This document shows positions 1-10,728 of a stretch of DNA of 64,000 nucleotides, one piece after another. The notes under the pieces are model-generated. The model did no database searches. It saw only the letters and a program-made list of their open reading frames with translations, and was not told where the DNA came from. Made by a program: the position numbers and the translations under genes. Source of the stretch: Spirochaetota bacterium (lineage in GTDB: Bacteria; Spirochaetota; GWE2-31-10; JAFGQB01); contig JAFGQB010000034.1 in NCBI GenBank assembly GCA_016935915.1, positions 44,869-108,868 on the forward strand, written 5' to 3'. The stretch's first letter is position 1. Every line of letters starts with the position of its first letter.

Positions 1-30
1 GGCTTTTCATGGAAAATTTCTTTTTATCTT

Positions 31-2379
31 TTATTTCAGATAAACCACTGTAGTCCCGAAATTTGTCGAATCGCTCTCCACGGTTTTTTCATATTCGAAA
101 TTTTCAACATAAGGCGATCTTATACAATAGTCATGGAGACATGACTTTAATACGCCGGTACCCATTCCGTGAATTACCCTTACTGTTTTAACATTGCCAG
201 TAATTGCATCCTCTATAAATTTCTCTATTTTCCTTTCAGCTTCCTCAAACCTTAATCCTCTTATATCCAGAGTAAGTTGTTTTCTGGGCATATCATAACT
301 GAAAGAAGCAATGTTTTCATCTCTATTTTCATTTTCTAAAAGTTTTAAATCACCTGCATCAAAGTTCATTTTTATAAAACCAGTTTGCACTATATATTGA
401 TTTTCAATGTTCGCTTTATCTATTATAAAGCCTTTTACATTTTTTGATATAATTAGTACTTCATCTCCTTTTTTTAATTCCAATTGTTTTTTATTTTTAT
501 CATTTATGATTTTACTCTTTTCGATTATATTATCTTCAATTTTATTTATAAAATCTTTGCTCTCACGGATACTCTCTTTTGAAGCTTGCTGGCTTTTTAT
601 TTTTTTTACCAAATTCTCAAATTCTTTTCTTGCTTCTTTTAAAAAATTTGATTCTTTGATTTTAAGCAATTCGTTTAATTTTTTTTCCTTTTCTTTCAGT
701 TCAATATCATAATTTAATAATTCATTTTTTTGATCTTTTATATAATCAAATTTTTTCATTATTTCATTTTTTTTATTTTCCAATTCAATTCTGTCAATCT
801 CAAGTTTATTAATCAATTTATCAACATTTAAATAATCCTGGTTTATATTTTTCATGGCGTTAATGATAATTTCTTCAGGAATACCGAGTCTTCTCGATAT
901 ATCAAATGCTTTGCTGTTGCCGGGAATACCTATTTGAAGCTTATAAGTCGGTATTAATTTTTCATTATCAAATTCCATGCTGGCATTCATTACCCCTTTT
1001 TTTTGCGATGCAAAAATCTTTAAAGATGAGTAATGAGTTGTGACAACCGCCAGGGGATTTTGCAATAAAAGTTTTTCAATGATACTAATTGCCAGTGCTG
1101 ATCCCTCAATTGGGTCTGTCCCTGAACAAAATTCATCCATTAAAATAAGAGTATTTCCATCGGATTTATTTATTATATCTTTAATTTTAAGCATGTGCGC
1201 AGAAAATGTCGATAAAGACTGCTCAATAGACTGCTCATCACCTATATCTAAAAATATTTTATCAAAGATGCAAAATTGTGAACTGCTTGATGCAGGAATT
1301 GCAATTCCGGTTTGCACCATTAAAACAAACAGACCAACTGTTTTTAAAACAACTGTTTTGCCCCCTGTATTTGGACCTGTAATTATCAATATATTATATT
1401 CATTTCCAATCTTAAAATTTAATGGCACAACTTCTTTTGATAATAAAGGATGCCTGCCTTCTATGATATTTAACTGCTTTTTTTTAATGATTTCCGGAGA
1501 ATTATAACCTTTTAAATGACAATAATTTGTTTTTGCATATAAAACATCAAATTCTATCAAATCTTTGTCGATTATTTTCAAATTTTCATATTCTTCCTTA
1601 ATAATATCCGAATAATGTTTGCAGATTCGATATATCTCCTTTTTTTCTTCTTCTTTTAATTGAATTAACTCATTGTGCAGTGTTATTACTGTATTAGGAA
1701 CCATATAAACTGTTTGACCGGAATTTGAAGAATCAATTGCTATTCCGTCAACTTTATTTTTATAATTAGACTTAACAGCTATACAGTTAAAGCCATCCTT
1801 GTAAGTGATCATATCATCAACTGTATATCCGGACTGCTGAAGTTTTTTAAAATAAAAATCAGTTGCTTTTTTGATTTTTACCTCTATATCATTTAATCTG
1901 TTTCTTATATTCAATAATTCTTTGCTAGCTTTGCTGTCTATATATCCAGCTTCATTTATAAATTTTAAAATCTCCTTATAAAACTCATTACTGATTTTTT
2001 TAATATTGAACAATGTTATTAATTCTGGATATTTTATATTATCTAATTTTTTTCTTAAGATAAAATAAATATTTATTGAATAAGACAACTGATAAAGAGA
2101 GATTTCATCAAGAACCCTGTTTTTAATACTGTCAATGAGCTGTTCATTGAAATTATAAATAACATTTAATGAAATCTTTTCCTCTGAAATAAAAAAAGTT
2201 TTTAATTGATTTAAAAGAACGTGCAATTTAATTATCTTATCATAATCATTTTCAATTTTAATGTTTTCTATTTTCTCTCTACCCTTTTCACTTACCGAAA
2301 AAGATTTGATCTCATTCAATATTTTATCAAACTCAATTTTTGATAAATCAAAATTAATAAATATACTTGCCTTTTTCAT
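31..2379 (-). CDS. mutS2: Endonuclease MutS2. A MutS-family ATPase with a C-terminal Smr domain.
   Basis: 782 aa. Walker A GPNTGGKT. C-terminal Smr-like block LDIRGLRFEEAERKIEKFIEDAITGNVKTVRVIHGMGTGVL. N-terminus resembles the MutS2 start (FDLSKIEFDKI). Confidence 0.85.
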   Translation of the reverse strand: MKKASIFINFDLSKIEFDKILNEIKSFSVSEKGREKIENIKIENDYDKIIKLHVLLNQLKTFFISEEKISLNVIYNFNEQLIDSIKNRVLDEISLYQLSYSINIYFILRKKLDNIKYPELITLFNIKKISNEFYKEILKFINEAGYIDSKASKELLNIRNRLNDIEVKIKKATDFYFKKLQQSGYTVDDMITYKDGFNCIAVKSNYKNKVDGIAIDSSNSGQTVYMVPNTVITLHNELIQLKEEEKKEIYRICKHYSDIIKEEYENLKIIDKDLIEFDVLYAKTNYCHLKGYNSPEIIKKKQLNIIEGRHPLLSKEVVPLNFKIGNEYNILIITGPNTGGKTVVLKTVGLFVLMVQTGIAIPASSSSQFCIFDKIFLDIGDEQSIEQSLSTFSAHMLKIKDIINKSDGNTLILMDEFCSGTDPIEGSALAISIIEKLLLQNPLAVVTTHYSSLKIFASQKKGVMNASMEFDNEKLIPTYKLQIGIPGNSKAFDISRRLGIPEEIIINAMKNINQDYLNVDKLINKLEIDRIELENKKNEIMKKFDYIKDQKNELLNYDIELKEKEKKLNELLKIKESNFLKEARKEFENLVKKIKSQQASKESIRESKDFINKIEDNIIEKSKIINDKNKKQLELKKGDEVLIISKNVKGFIIDKANIENQYIVQTGFIKMNFDAGDLKLLENENRDENIASFSYDMPRKQLTLDIRGLRFEEAERKIEKFIEDAITGNVKTVRVIHGMGTGVLKSCLHDYCIRSPYVENFEYEKTVESDSTNFGTTVVYLK

Positions 2380-4342
2380 AATTTACGGTTATTTCCAATT
2401 CTTCATTGCTTCCGAAAAATTTCTTTACTACTTTACCTTTATTACCAATTTTTAACTGAACCAGTTGAGGCGGTATCAGTAATTCACATATAAATTTATT
2501 GCCGGCTTTTCTGTAATTAATTTTTTTGTAAGGATTATACTCATAATCATTTTTTATGAATAATAATCCTTTGTTATCATTATTTATAATGACAGGCAAA
2601 TTGCTTTTATTTGAAATTATCCTGATTTTTGAAGGTTTAGGTATTAACGACTGGTGCAGTATTATGGTTCTTTCATCAAGAGAAATTTTCACATTAAAAT
2701 ATTTATTAAAGTATTCAATATTGTCTTTTTTAAAATCTTTGACCATAAATGAATATCTGTTGCCTGAAACAAAAGGATTTGCATTAAGTCTTTTTATCAT
2801 TAATATATAATCCTTTAAATTAATATATCTGTTTCTGTAATATATTTTTAAAAAACTGTTTTCTCTTTCATATTTACGCAGTTCTCTGTCTGAATAATTA
2901 TTAAAAGTAAATAAAAGATTCTCTGATTTCAATGAATCCCAAAATCTGAAATAACAAATAACATCCTGTGACCAGATACCGACATTTGGTATATATACCC
3001 TCTGCCCGTCTTTTGTTGCTTTATTGTTGTTCTGTAAAGTCCTCGGCATTACCACTACCCTTTTTATCTGCTTATATGATCCTGATAAAACAGCTACTTC
3101 TCTTTCACCTTTTTCTACATAATAACTTTTGCTGTAAATATCCATATTGATAAATTCTATAAATTTTTTATTAATGATTTTTTTCCTTTTAAAAGGATTA
3201 TTAAAATTGATTTTTATGGCAGGTTTTAAATTTGCTTTATAGTATTTGTTGTCAACTTTTAAATAAGTATTATCAACAACAAGATCTTTTGTGGGAAATT
3301 CAAGTATTATTTTTCCGTATTTATTGGGAAATATCCATTCATAATATCTGTTTGTTGAAAAAAATAAATAACCTAAAAATACAGACAAAAACGTAATTAA
3401 TGCAATTTTGCGAACAATTGAAGTTATTTTTGTTTTTCTGTTGTAAGTAGAAATAAATGAGCACTGTTTTAATTTTTTATCTTTTTTTACCAATCTTACA
3501 ATCGAATCATTGATTTCAAATCTGTTAAATCTCTTAAAATAATTCCTTAAAAGCTTAATTAATGGATATAAAGTTTTATATCGCTTGTTTTCTTTAGGAT
3601 TAAATGTTTTTGATAAGACCTTATTTACGATATGCGGTACATCATTGATATATCTGTTAACAGGTGCATGGCTTGCTTTTACTATGCTTGCTATTAATTC
3701 TGGAGAAAATTCATTTCTATATGGCCTGACACCGGTTATCATCTCAAAAAATATTACACCCAATGCATAAATATCGGTTCTATTTGTAATAACCTGATCT
3801 CTGCTGAACTGTTCAGGTGCCATATAAGCCGGAGTACCGATTATTTCATGACTTCCTGTTTTTACCTCAGTCATAGTCTTATCCATGGTAGTTGCTATTC
3901 CAAAATCAGTAATTTTAATATCCCCGCCAGCTGATATTAAGATATTATGAGGTTTTATATCCCTGTGAATAATCTGTTTTTGATGTGCATGATATAATCC
4001 AAGAGCAATTTGATAAACTATAAACAGAGCAATAGGAATAGGTATAGACTCATTTTCTTCAATAATCTGATTTAAAGGTTTGCCCTTTACATATTCCATT
4101 GCAATATATGTTGAATTACCATCTTTAAAATGATCATAGAACTGAACAATATTTTCATGCCTGAATTCAAGCATAATTTTTGCTTCCTGAAGAAACCTTT
4201 TAGAGCTTTCAATATTTTTTGTGCCTAACCGTTTTAAAATTATTTCTCTTTTTAAAGTCGGATGAATTGCCAAATAAACTTCACCCATTCCGCCTTTACC
4301 GACAACATTTACGATTTTGTAGTCTTTAATTTTTTCTATCAT
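2354..4342 (-). CDS. Hanks-type Ser/Thr protein kinase with one TM helix and an extracytoplasmic C-terminal domain of about 330 aa that I do not recognise.
   Basis: Kinase subdomains are present: GKGGMGEVYLA (Gly loop), ILK (Lys), HRDIKPHNILI (catalytic loop), DFGIA, GTPAYMAPE. TM segment IALITFLSVFLGYLFF sits near aa 315. The Tyr/Asn/Lys-rich tail has no PASTA-like repeats. The ORF overlaps the mutS2 start by 26 nt. Confidence 0.8.
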   Translation of the reverse strand: MIEKIKDYKIVNVVGKGGMGEVYLAIHPTLKREIILKRLGTKNIESSKRFLQEAKIMLEFRHENIVQFYDHFKDGNSTYIAMEYVKGKPLNQIIEENESIPIPIALFIVYQIALGLYHAHQKQIIHRDIKPHNILISAGGDIKITDFGIATTMDKTMTEVKTGSHEIIGTPAYMAPEQFSRDQVITNRTDIYALGVIFFEMITGVRPYRNEFSPELIASIVKASHAPVNRYINDVPHIVNKVLSKTFNPKENKRYKTLYPLIKLLRNYFKRFNRFEINDSIVRLVKKDKKLKQCSFISTYNRKTKITSIVRKIALITFLSVFLGYLFFSTNRYYEWIFPNKYGKIILEFPTKDLVVDNTYLKVDNKYYKANLKPAIKINFNNPFKRKKIINKKFIEFINMDIYSKSYYVEKGEREVAVLSGSYKQIKRVVVMPRTLQNNNKATKDGQRVYIPNVGIWSQDVICYFRFWDSLKSENLLFTFNNYSDRELRKYERENSFLKIYYRNRYINLKDYILMIKRLNANPFVSGNRYSFMVKDFKKDNIEYFNKYFNVKISLDERTIILHQSLIPKPSKIRIISNKSNLPVIINNDNKGLLFIKNDYEYNPYKKINYRKAGNKFICELLIPPQLVQLKIGNKGKVVKKFFGSNEELEITVNYEKGKYIY

Positions 4343-4487
4343 ATAAATACTCCGGATTGTTTAATTTATGGGACTGTAGGATATTTAGAAAATATTATCA
4401 AAGCATCCCAAATGATCATAAAAATGGTTTTAAGACTGTTATTATTTTATAACACTTTTTATTGAATTTCTGAATCATAAAATAAAA

Positions 4488-4538
4488 AATTTACTTTTTT
4501 TATAAAAATATAAACCTGCATTTTATAACACAGGTTTA
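4488..4538 (-). terminator. Putative rho-independent terminator downstream of metK.
   Basis: 8-bp stem TAAACCTG/CAGGTTTA (4511-4518 and 4531-4538) with a 12-nt loop. On the minus strand it is followed by a T-rich run. It lies about 30 nt after the metK stop. Confidence 0.45.
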
Positions 4539-4566
4539 TACATGATAAAATATTAAATTGAATTAT

Positions 4567-5730
4567 TTATTTAATTTCATTCAATAATGCATCAATTTTA
4601 TTGGTTTTTTCCCAGCTGAATTCTTTTCTTCCAAAATGTCCGTAAGCTGCTGTATCTTGAAAGATTGGCTTTAACAAATCTAATGTTTTAATTATACCTG
4701 AAGGTGAAAGATCAAAAACTTTATTAACTGCTGCTTCTATTTTTTGTTCATCTACCTTACCTGTCCCGAAAGTATGTACATAAACTGATACCGGATATGG
4801 TACTCCTATTGCATAAGCAAGTTGAACCTCGCATCTTTCACAAAGTTCTGCTGCAACTATGTTTTTTGCGACATATCTTGCCATATATGCTGCTGATCTG
4901 TCTACCTTTGACGGATCTTTACCGCTGAAAGCTCCGCCTCCGTGTCTTCCCATACCACCGTAAGTATCAACGATTATTTTTCTTCCAGTTAAACCTGAGT
5001 CACCGTGAGGACCTCCGATAACAAACCTTCCAGTAGGATTAATAAAATATTTTGTATCTTTATCCAATAAACCTGTTGGCTCAAGAATAGGTTTTACGAT
5101 TTTATCTATTATACCTTTTTTTATATCATCATAAGAAACGTCTTCATCTGTTTGATGTGAAATAACAACTGTATCAACACGAACTGGTTTAGAATCTTCA
5201 TATTCTATTGTAACCTGACTCTTTGAATCAGGTCTAAGCCATGTAATTTTACCCGTCTTTCTTAATTCTGCTGCGTACATTAACAATTTATGAGCATACA
5301 TAATCGGTGCAGGCATTAATTCAGGAGTTTCATTGCAGGCAAAACCAAACATCATTCCCTGGTCTCCTGCTCCCTGCTCTTTAAAAAGTCCCTGTCCTTC
5401 ACTAACGCCCTGTGAAATATCGGCAGATTGTCCATGTATAGTATTAATAACCGCCATAGATTCATAATCAAGACCGTACTCAGGTCTATCATAACCTATC
5501 TTTTTTGCAACTCCTCTTATAACATCCTGATAATTAAAGATGGCATTTGTTGTTATTTCTCCGCCGACTAAAATCATACCGGTAGTTGTAAAAGTTTCAC
5601 AAGCAACTCTGGATCTGTTGTCTTGCTTTAAACATGCGTCTAATATTGCATCAGACACCTGGTCTGCCAGCTTATCAGGATGACCTTCACTGACCGATTC
5701 AGAAGTAAATAAATATCTTCTTTTTGACAT
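4567..5730 (-). CDS. metK: S-adenosylmethionine synthetase.
   Basis: 387 aa. Hallmark N-terminus [25 protein letters not shown] and the [19 protein letters not shown] block. RBS AAAGGAG lies 7 nt upstream. Confidence 0.95.
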   Translation of the reverse strand: MSKRRYLFTSESVSEGHPDKLADQVSDAILDACLKQDNRSRVACETFTTTGMILVGGEITTNAIFNYQDVIRGVAKKIGYDRPEYGLDYESMAVINTIHGQSADISQGVSEGQGLFKEQGAGDQGMMFGFACNETPELMPAPIMYAHKLLMYAAELRKTGKITWLRPDSKSQVTIEYEDSKPVRVDTVVISHQTDEDVSYDDIKKGIIDKIVKPILEPTGLLDKDTKYFINPTGRFVIGGPHGDSGLTGRKIIVDTYGGMGRHGGGAFSGKDPSKVDRSAAYMARYVAKNIVAAELCERCEVQLAYAIGVPYPVSVYVHTFGTGKVDEQKIEAAVNKVFDLSPSGIIKTLDLLKPIFQDTAAYGHFGRKEFSWEKTNKIDALLNEIK

Positions 5731-5860
5731 GAGAATGCTCCTTTATTTTAATCATATCTTAAATAATTTTTTAAGCAATATACGAAAAAAAAATAAAATG
5801 TGCAATTAAAAAATTAATAAAATTAAGAAAATTATAAAAATTGGATTTTTTTGATAAAAA

Positions 5861-7207
5861 CTACTGAATTTCTATTCCGTAAATAGAATCATTGGTAGTT
5901 ATACCATGCTTTATTTTAAATGTTGAAATTAGACTTTTTAAAATTTGTGCTTGTCCTGATAAGTTTGATATTGCAGATTTCATATTTTGAGTATCTTCGT
6001 TGATATTATTGGTCAATGACTGAATATTTTCCAAACTTTCTTTGAGTTTTGAAGTTGTCATTGTCTGTTTATTTATTGATTCATTAATCTTAAACATTAA
6101 ATCTTCTGTCTGCTTGATTGAAGATATAATTTTAACCAACTCTTTTTTTGCTCTTTCGCTGGCTTTGACTCCTTTTGAAATTGATTCAACTGTTTTTTCA
6201 ATTATCTGATAAATAGTTTTAGTTGCCTTTGAGCTTGACTCTGCAAGATTTTTAATCTCAGTGGCAACCACGCCGAAACCTTTCCCCTCTTCTCCGGCAT
6301 GCGCTGCCTGAATAGCGGCATTTAATGCAAGTAAATTTGTTTCATCAGCTATATCATCAATGAAATTCATAGTATTTACGATTTCATCCGACATATCATT
6401 GATTCTGTTCATTTCTTCAATTAAGGATAATATTTCTTCTGATCCCTTATCAGCCTCTTTTATTGAATCACGCGAAATATTGTAAGCAGATTCAACATTG
6501 ACTTTTATTTCCTGCATTGAGTCATTCATTTTTTGTGCTGAAGCATCAATATTTGTAATAGCTTCAGTCTGATCATTGGTTTTATCAGCCATTGAAGATG
6601 CAAAATATGTCAAAGCATCGGAATTACCTGCTAAATCCATTGCTGAAAGTTCAACTTTATTAACAGTGTCAGACATCTTTTTTATTATATTATCAATAAC
6701 AGAGGCAAAGTCAGTCAATTTTTCTTTTAATTCGGTATTTTCATCAATGTCATGATCAAGATTTCCATTGGCAATTTCATTTAATAAATCAATGGGTACT
6801 ATTATTTTATTTTGAATGGTTTTTTTAAAGAAATATATATAATAACCGGCTAAAGCAAATATTGATATAATGTAAAACGGCAGCATTATAAAAACATTTT
6901 TAAAGTATAAATTTACTAAAAATAAAAATGTAAAAGTAATTATTAAAACTAAATAAAAATTAAAAAATTTTTCAAAATATTTTTTATAATATAATAATCT
7001 GTCAAATAAATTAATTCTTTTTGATTCTTTTTTTTCTTGTGTAACTTTATATTTGATATCAACTTTTAAATCATCATCATAATTAATTTCTTTAACAGTT
7101 GAGGTTTCCTGGTTTTCAATTTCCGTTTTATTGACTTCGCTTTTATTTAATTCATCATCTTTGACTTCTCTAATAGCTTTTGACTTACCAAAACTATTAT
7201 CACTCAT
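5861..7207 (-). CDS. Methyl-accepting chemotaxis protein with a minimal membrane hairpin and no periplasmic sensor domain.
   Basis: 448 aa. Highly conserved MCP signalling tip [34 protein letters not shown]. Two adjacent TM helices with almost no loop. Charged N-terminal tail of about 70 aa. Confidence 0.85.
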   Translation of the reverse strand: MSDNSFGKSKAIREVKDDELNKSEVNKTEIENQETSTVKEINYDDDLKVDIKYKVTQEKKESKRINLFDRLLYYKKYFEKFFNFYLVLIITFTFLFLVNLYFKNVFIMLPFYIISIFALAGYYIYFFKKTIQNKIIVPIDLLNEIANGNLDHDIDENTELKEKLTDFASVIDNIIKKMSDTVNKVELSAMDLAGNSDALTYFASSMADKTNDQTEAITNIDASAQKMNDSMQEIKVNVESAYNISRDSIKEADKGSEEILSLIEEMNRINDMSDEIVNTMNFIDDIADETNLLALNAAIQAAHAGEEGKGFGVVATEIKNLAESSSKATKTIYQIIEKTVESISKGVKASERAKKELVKIISSIKQTEDLMFKINESINKQTMTTSKLKESLENIQSLTNNINEDTQNMKSAISNLSGQAQILKSLISTFKIKHGITTNDSIYGIEIQ

Positions 7208-7315
7208 TTAATAAAATTCTCCATAAATATTAAAATGATCAATAAATCCATGATTTATTTTATTATCGGTTTTTTATTATAAAACATATAAACAATTTAA
7301 TCAACATAAATAATA

Positions 7316-8152
7316 TTACCAGAAAACAGCCGAAATATATCCGCTGACTTTCAATTTGTCATCTAATATATCAGAAGTATTGAATAATTTCAAAACTTTC
7401 ACATTTTTTCTATTAAGTAATTCCCCGTATCGTAAAATTGATATAACTCCTGCACCACCGTATGCAATTATCTGATTCATTGCAAGTTGTTCAGAAAAAA
7501 AATCCGCATTAAAACTTAATAATGCATTTTTAAAGTTTTCATCATATCTGATAACTTCATCATATTTAAGATCCTTGCTTAAATTTGCTGCAGTTATGAT
7601 AAAAAAATTCCTTTTTATCTTTTTATTTAATTCAAATAAAGCTTTTGACAGCATTATTGTTATCTTTGTATTTGATATTCCTATAATGATAGGCAGAATT
7701 TTTACCTTATTTTTAAAAATAAAATGAATATAAGGAAGCTGCATTTCTATGCCTGATTCTTGAAGATGATATTTTTTATCATAATAAATATATTGAGAAT
7801 TATATTTATTCAAAAATTTTGCTGATTCCTTATCAACTTCCATTTCTCCAAACGGGGTATTAAAAAGATCATAATCAGGCAAAATTATTCCTTCAAAAGC
7901 TATTTTATGAACTGGAGCAATAATTACAACAGTATCTATTGATTCTCCGATAATTTGCGAATAGGAAATCCCGTATACATCCTTTGCATATTTATAATTT
8001 GCATAAGGAACTATCATTGCGTAAGGATTTTTAACTGATTCCTCTCTATAATGTGTCAATGAATTTGATAAATATTCATCGAGTTTTTTACTGTCATCAG
8101 GATATAAAACTCCATTATAAGATAAAGGTCTTACTTTAAGATTTTTGTTCAT
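7316..8152 (-). CDS. Memo-like protein (AmmeMemoRadiSam system protein B family).
   Basis: 278 aa. N-terminal VRPLSYNGVLYPDD resembles the Memo R-x-P-x-x-AG-x-F-YP start. Size fits the family. Probably co-transcribed with the upstream NFACT gene (11-nt gap). Confidence 0.5.
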   Translation of the reverse strand: MNKNLKVRPLSYNGVLYPDDSKKLDEYLSNSLTHYREESVKNPYAMIVPYANYKYAKDVYGISYSQIIGESIDTVVIIAPVHKIAFEGIILPDYDLFNTPFGEMEVDKESAKFLNKYNSQYIYYDKKYHLQESGIEMQLPYIHFIFKNKVKILPIIIGISNTKITIMLSKALFELNKKIKRNFFIITAANLSKDLKYDEVIRYDENFKNALLSFNADFFSEQLAMNQIIAYGGAGVISILRYGELLNRKNVKVLKLFNTSDILDDKLKVSGYISAVFW

Positions 8153-8163
8153 ATTTTCCCCTT

Positions 8164-9573
8164 CTAATATTTTCTTTTTAATAATTTATTCAGAATCTGT
8201 TTATCCATATCAACCTTAATATTCTTTTCCTGTGTAGGAAAGACAAGACCCTTTGGCCCGTTTTTTGGTTTATGAAGATATTTAACATGAGTAAAATAAA
8301 CATCTGACGATTTTTCTTTTTTCGCCTTGCTGTAATATAAAGCCAGCATTGATGCCTGCAGTTTGGCTTTTTGAGTAAGCTCAGCACCTTTAATATTTTT
8401 AACAACAACATGGCTTCCCGCACAATCCCTTACATGAAACCAATAATCATTGCCTTTTGCGATTTTACTTAAAATAATATCTGCTTCCTTATCATTTCTT
8501 GAAACTATAGCTATAAAATTAGCGTCAAGAATAAATTCACGTCCCGGTTTTTTTTTATTATTATTAAAAACTCTTCTGTCATTTTCAAAAATTTTAATAT
8601 CTTTTTCAATATCACTTAACTTATTAATGTTCTTAATATTATGCACCAAACCTGCTAAATTTTCAAGATTTTCCATAATATTAATAATATTTTTTTTTTC
8701 TTCATCAAAAAGCATTTTTTTATTTTTAATTTTTTTATATTTATTATAATATTTTTCAATGTTTTCATTGGGACTTGATTCTGCAGACAAAGGTATTTTG
8801 AACATTTTATCATCATCAAAATCTTTAAGTTCAACTTCCGACATACCCTTTCTTAATTTATATATATTGGCAAGGAGCAAATCGCCGAATTTCTTATAGT
8901 TATCATAATTATTATCATCAATTTGATTATTCAATATTTTAAGTTTATTTTTATAAAATTGTAATTTTAAACTTAATAATTTTATATAATATTCCTTTTT
9001 TTTAATAAAATGCGTATTTTCAATTAGATTTAAATAATATAATTTTATTGAATTATTCAAATCATTTATATCAAATTGGTCCCTGATTGAATATTTAGAC
9101 AAATCACTGTCATTTGAAAAATTCTTAATTTTAAACTTTTCATTGGGCCATTCCGATCTTCCCGGAAGTCTTCTTAGACATTCTATGATTTTTGTATCCG
9201 AATCAATCAAAATCACATTACCACCTGTTCCCCATAGCCTGAAAATAAAATTATATATGCTATCCTGAAATTGAAATTCAAAAAAGACAATTCTTGAATA
9301 ATTTTGCTGATAAATATTTTTTACGATGCCACCGCTGAAATTTGCATTCAAAAAAAGTGAAAACCTGTTCTGTATTTTAAAATTTTCTATATTATCAATC
9401 ATAAAAATCCGATTGTATTTATCAGCGACATTAATATATAAATAATTATCAGAATCTTTACTTAAAAAATTTATGATCAATGTATATCTGTCAGGCTGAT
9501 AATACTTTCTAATTATACCTGTTTTAGGAATTATTTTGATAATTTCTTCGATTTCAACACAATTTAATGACAT
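8164..9573 (-). CDS. NFACT-family protein (RqcH / fibronectin-binding protein A-like). It is shorter than canonical RqcH.
   Basis: 469 aa. NFACT-N-like N-terminus (GGIVKNIYQ...RIVFFEF...WGTGGNVILIDSD...IIECLRRLPGR). Central K/E-rich coiled coil. DUF814/NFACT-R signature FHVRDCAGSHVVVKN. Confidence 0.6.
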   Translation of the reverse strand: MSLNCVEIEEIIKIIPKTGIIRKYYQPDRYTLIINFLSKDSDNYLYINVADKYNRIFMIDNIENFKIQNRFSLFLNANFSGGIVKNIYQQNYSRIVFFEFQFQDSIYNFIFRLWGTGGNVILIDSDTKIIECLRRLPGRSEWPNEKFKIKNFSNDSDLSKYSIRDQFDINDLNNSIKLYYLNLIENTHFIKKKEYYIKLLSLKLQFYKNKLKILNNQIDDNNYDNYKKFGDLLLANIYKLRKGMSEVELKDFDDDKMFKIPLSAESSPNENIEKYYNKYKKIKNKKMLFDEEKKNIINIMENLENLAGLVHNIKNINKLSDIEKDIKIFENDRRVFNNNKKKPGREFILDANFIAIVSRNDKEADIILSKIAKGNDYWFHVRDCAGSHVVVKNIKGAELTQKAKLQASMLALYYSKAKKEKSSDVYFTHVKYLHKPKNGPKGLVFPTQEKNIKVDMDKQILNKLLKRKY

Positions 9574-9607
9574 TTAGTCCTTCTTTAATAATACCAGATT
9601 AAATTTC

Positions 9608-9640
9608 TTTTTATATATAACAATAATTAAAAATTTCAAA
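9608..9640 (-). promoter_or_regulatory. Candidate sigma70-like promoter for the NFACT/Memo operon.
   Basis: On the minus strand, TTGAAA, a 17-nt spacer, then ATATAA, about 40 nt upstream of the start at 9573. RBS AAGAAGGA lies in front of the ATG. Confidence 0.3.
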
Positions 9641-9708
9641 TCCTAAATCTTTAACATGCTGGCTGCATTTCTGATTTTGCGGCAACATCCAAAAATAAAT
9701 TATGATCC

Positions 9709-10728
9709 TCAGGTATTTAATGAACTTTTATATCCCAAGACTCTTGATGATACACCGATTGAAAGATCATCACCACCAGTTTCTTTATATTTATGATAAG
9801 CATATCCTGCAATCATTGCTCCATTATCTGTAGAAAACTTCAAACTCGGGAAAAAAATATTATAGCCTTCAAGTTTATAAAACTGTTCTCTTAGATAATT
9901 ATTAGCAGCCACTCCTCCGGCAACCACTATATTGTTTATATTAAAATTTTTGCAGGCTGATATTACTTTTTTAATAAGCACATCAAAAGCTCTTTTTTGA
10001 AATGATGCGGCAATATCATTAACAGTATATAAATCTTTTTTTAAAAATTTCTTCAAATGATGTATCACCGCTGTTTTCAAACCCGAATAGCTCATATCAT
10101 AAATTCTATGTGACTTATACAGGTTAGATATGGGAAAGTCAAAGGTTTTTTCATCACCGCTTAATGCCGCTTTTTCTACAGCAGGTCCTCCGGGATAGCC
10201 AAGATCAAAAAATTTTGCTACCTTATCAAAAGCCTCCCCTACAGCATCATCTATTGTTGTTCCTAAAACTTCATATTTGATAAAAGAATCTGCATATATT
10301 ATCAATGTGTGACCACCCGATGCAAGTAATCCAATATAAGGAAACTTAATATCATTCTCAAGATGAGGAGAATATAAATGAGCCTCTATATGATTAATTG
10401 CAATAAATGGTTTGTTTAATTTCCATGCCAAAGATTTGGCGGTACTGACACCGATAAGCAGTCCGCCAATTAATCCAGGTCTATTGGCAGATGCAAATAA
10501 ATCAATTTCTTCTAATTTTACCCTAGATATCTTAACGGCTTCATCAATTACAGGAATGATCTTTTCCAGATGAAGTCTTGATGCAAGTTCAGGTACTACG
10601 CCTTTCCATCTTAAATGTTCATTGACCTGAGAAGAAATAATATTGGACAAAACTTTTTTACCGTTTTCCACAACACTTGCAGAGGTTTCATCACAAGTCG
10701 ATTCTATGCCCAAAATTAACATAATCAC
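9709..10728 (-). CDS. tsaD: tRNA N6-adenosine threonylcarbamoyltransferase (Kae1/TsaD family).
   Basis: 339 aa. LILGIESTCDETSASVV start. Blocks HIEAHLYS, GGVAANNYLRE and SLKFSTDNGAMIA. Confidence 0.9.
   Translation of the reverse strand: MIMLILGIESTCDETSASVVENGKKVLSNIISSQVNEHLRWKGVVPELASRLHLEKIIPVIDEAVKISRVKLEEIDLFASANRPGLIGGLLIGVSTAKSLAWKLNKPFIAINHIEAHLYSPHLENDIKFPYIGLLASGGHTLIIYADSFIKYEVLGTTIDDAVGEAFDKVAKFFDLGYPGGPAVEKAALSGDEKTFDFPISNLYKSHRIYDMSYSGLKTAVIHHLKKFLKKDLYTVNDIAASFQKRAFDVLIKKVISACKNFNINNIVVAGGVAANNYLREQFYKLEGYNIFFPSLKFSTDNGAMIAGYAYHKYKETGGDDLSIGVSSRVLGYKSSLNT

Noticed and set aside
407-1507. Plus-strand ORFs inside mutS2 (407-712, 1040-1507) and many similar small ORFs on the opposite strand of large genes (e.g. 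8190-8423, 14217-14561, 15858-16277, 22307-22846, 29737-30431, 47104-47711, 52044-52430).
   Set aside because: They are shadow ORFs with low-complexity, Phe/Ile/Leu/Ser-rich translations typical of antisense frames in AT-rich DNA. They lie fully inside well-supported conserved genes and lack an RBS.
5731-5860. Possible SAM (S-box) riboswitch in the metK leader.
   Set aside because: The leader is only about 130 nt and almost pure A/T. No GC-rich conserved helices or a kink-turn-like element are present. RBS AAAGGAG sits directly before the ATG.
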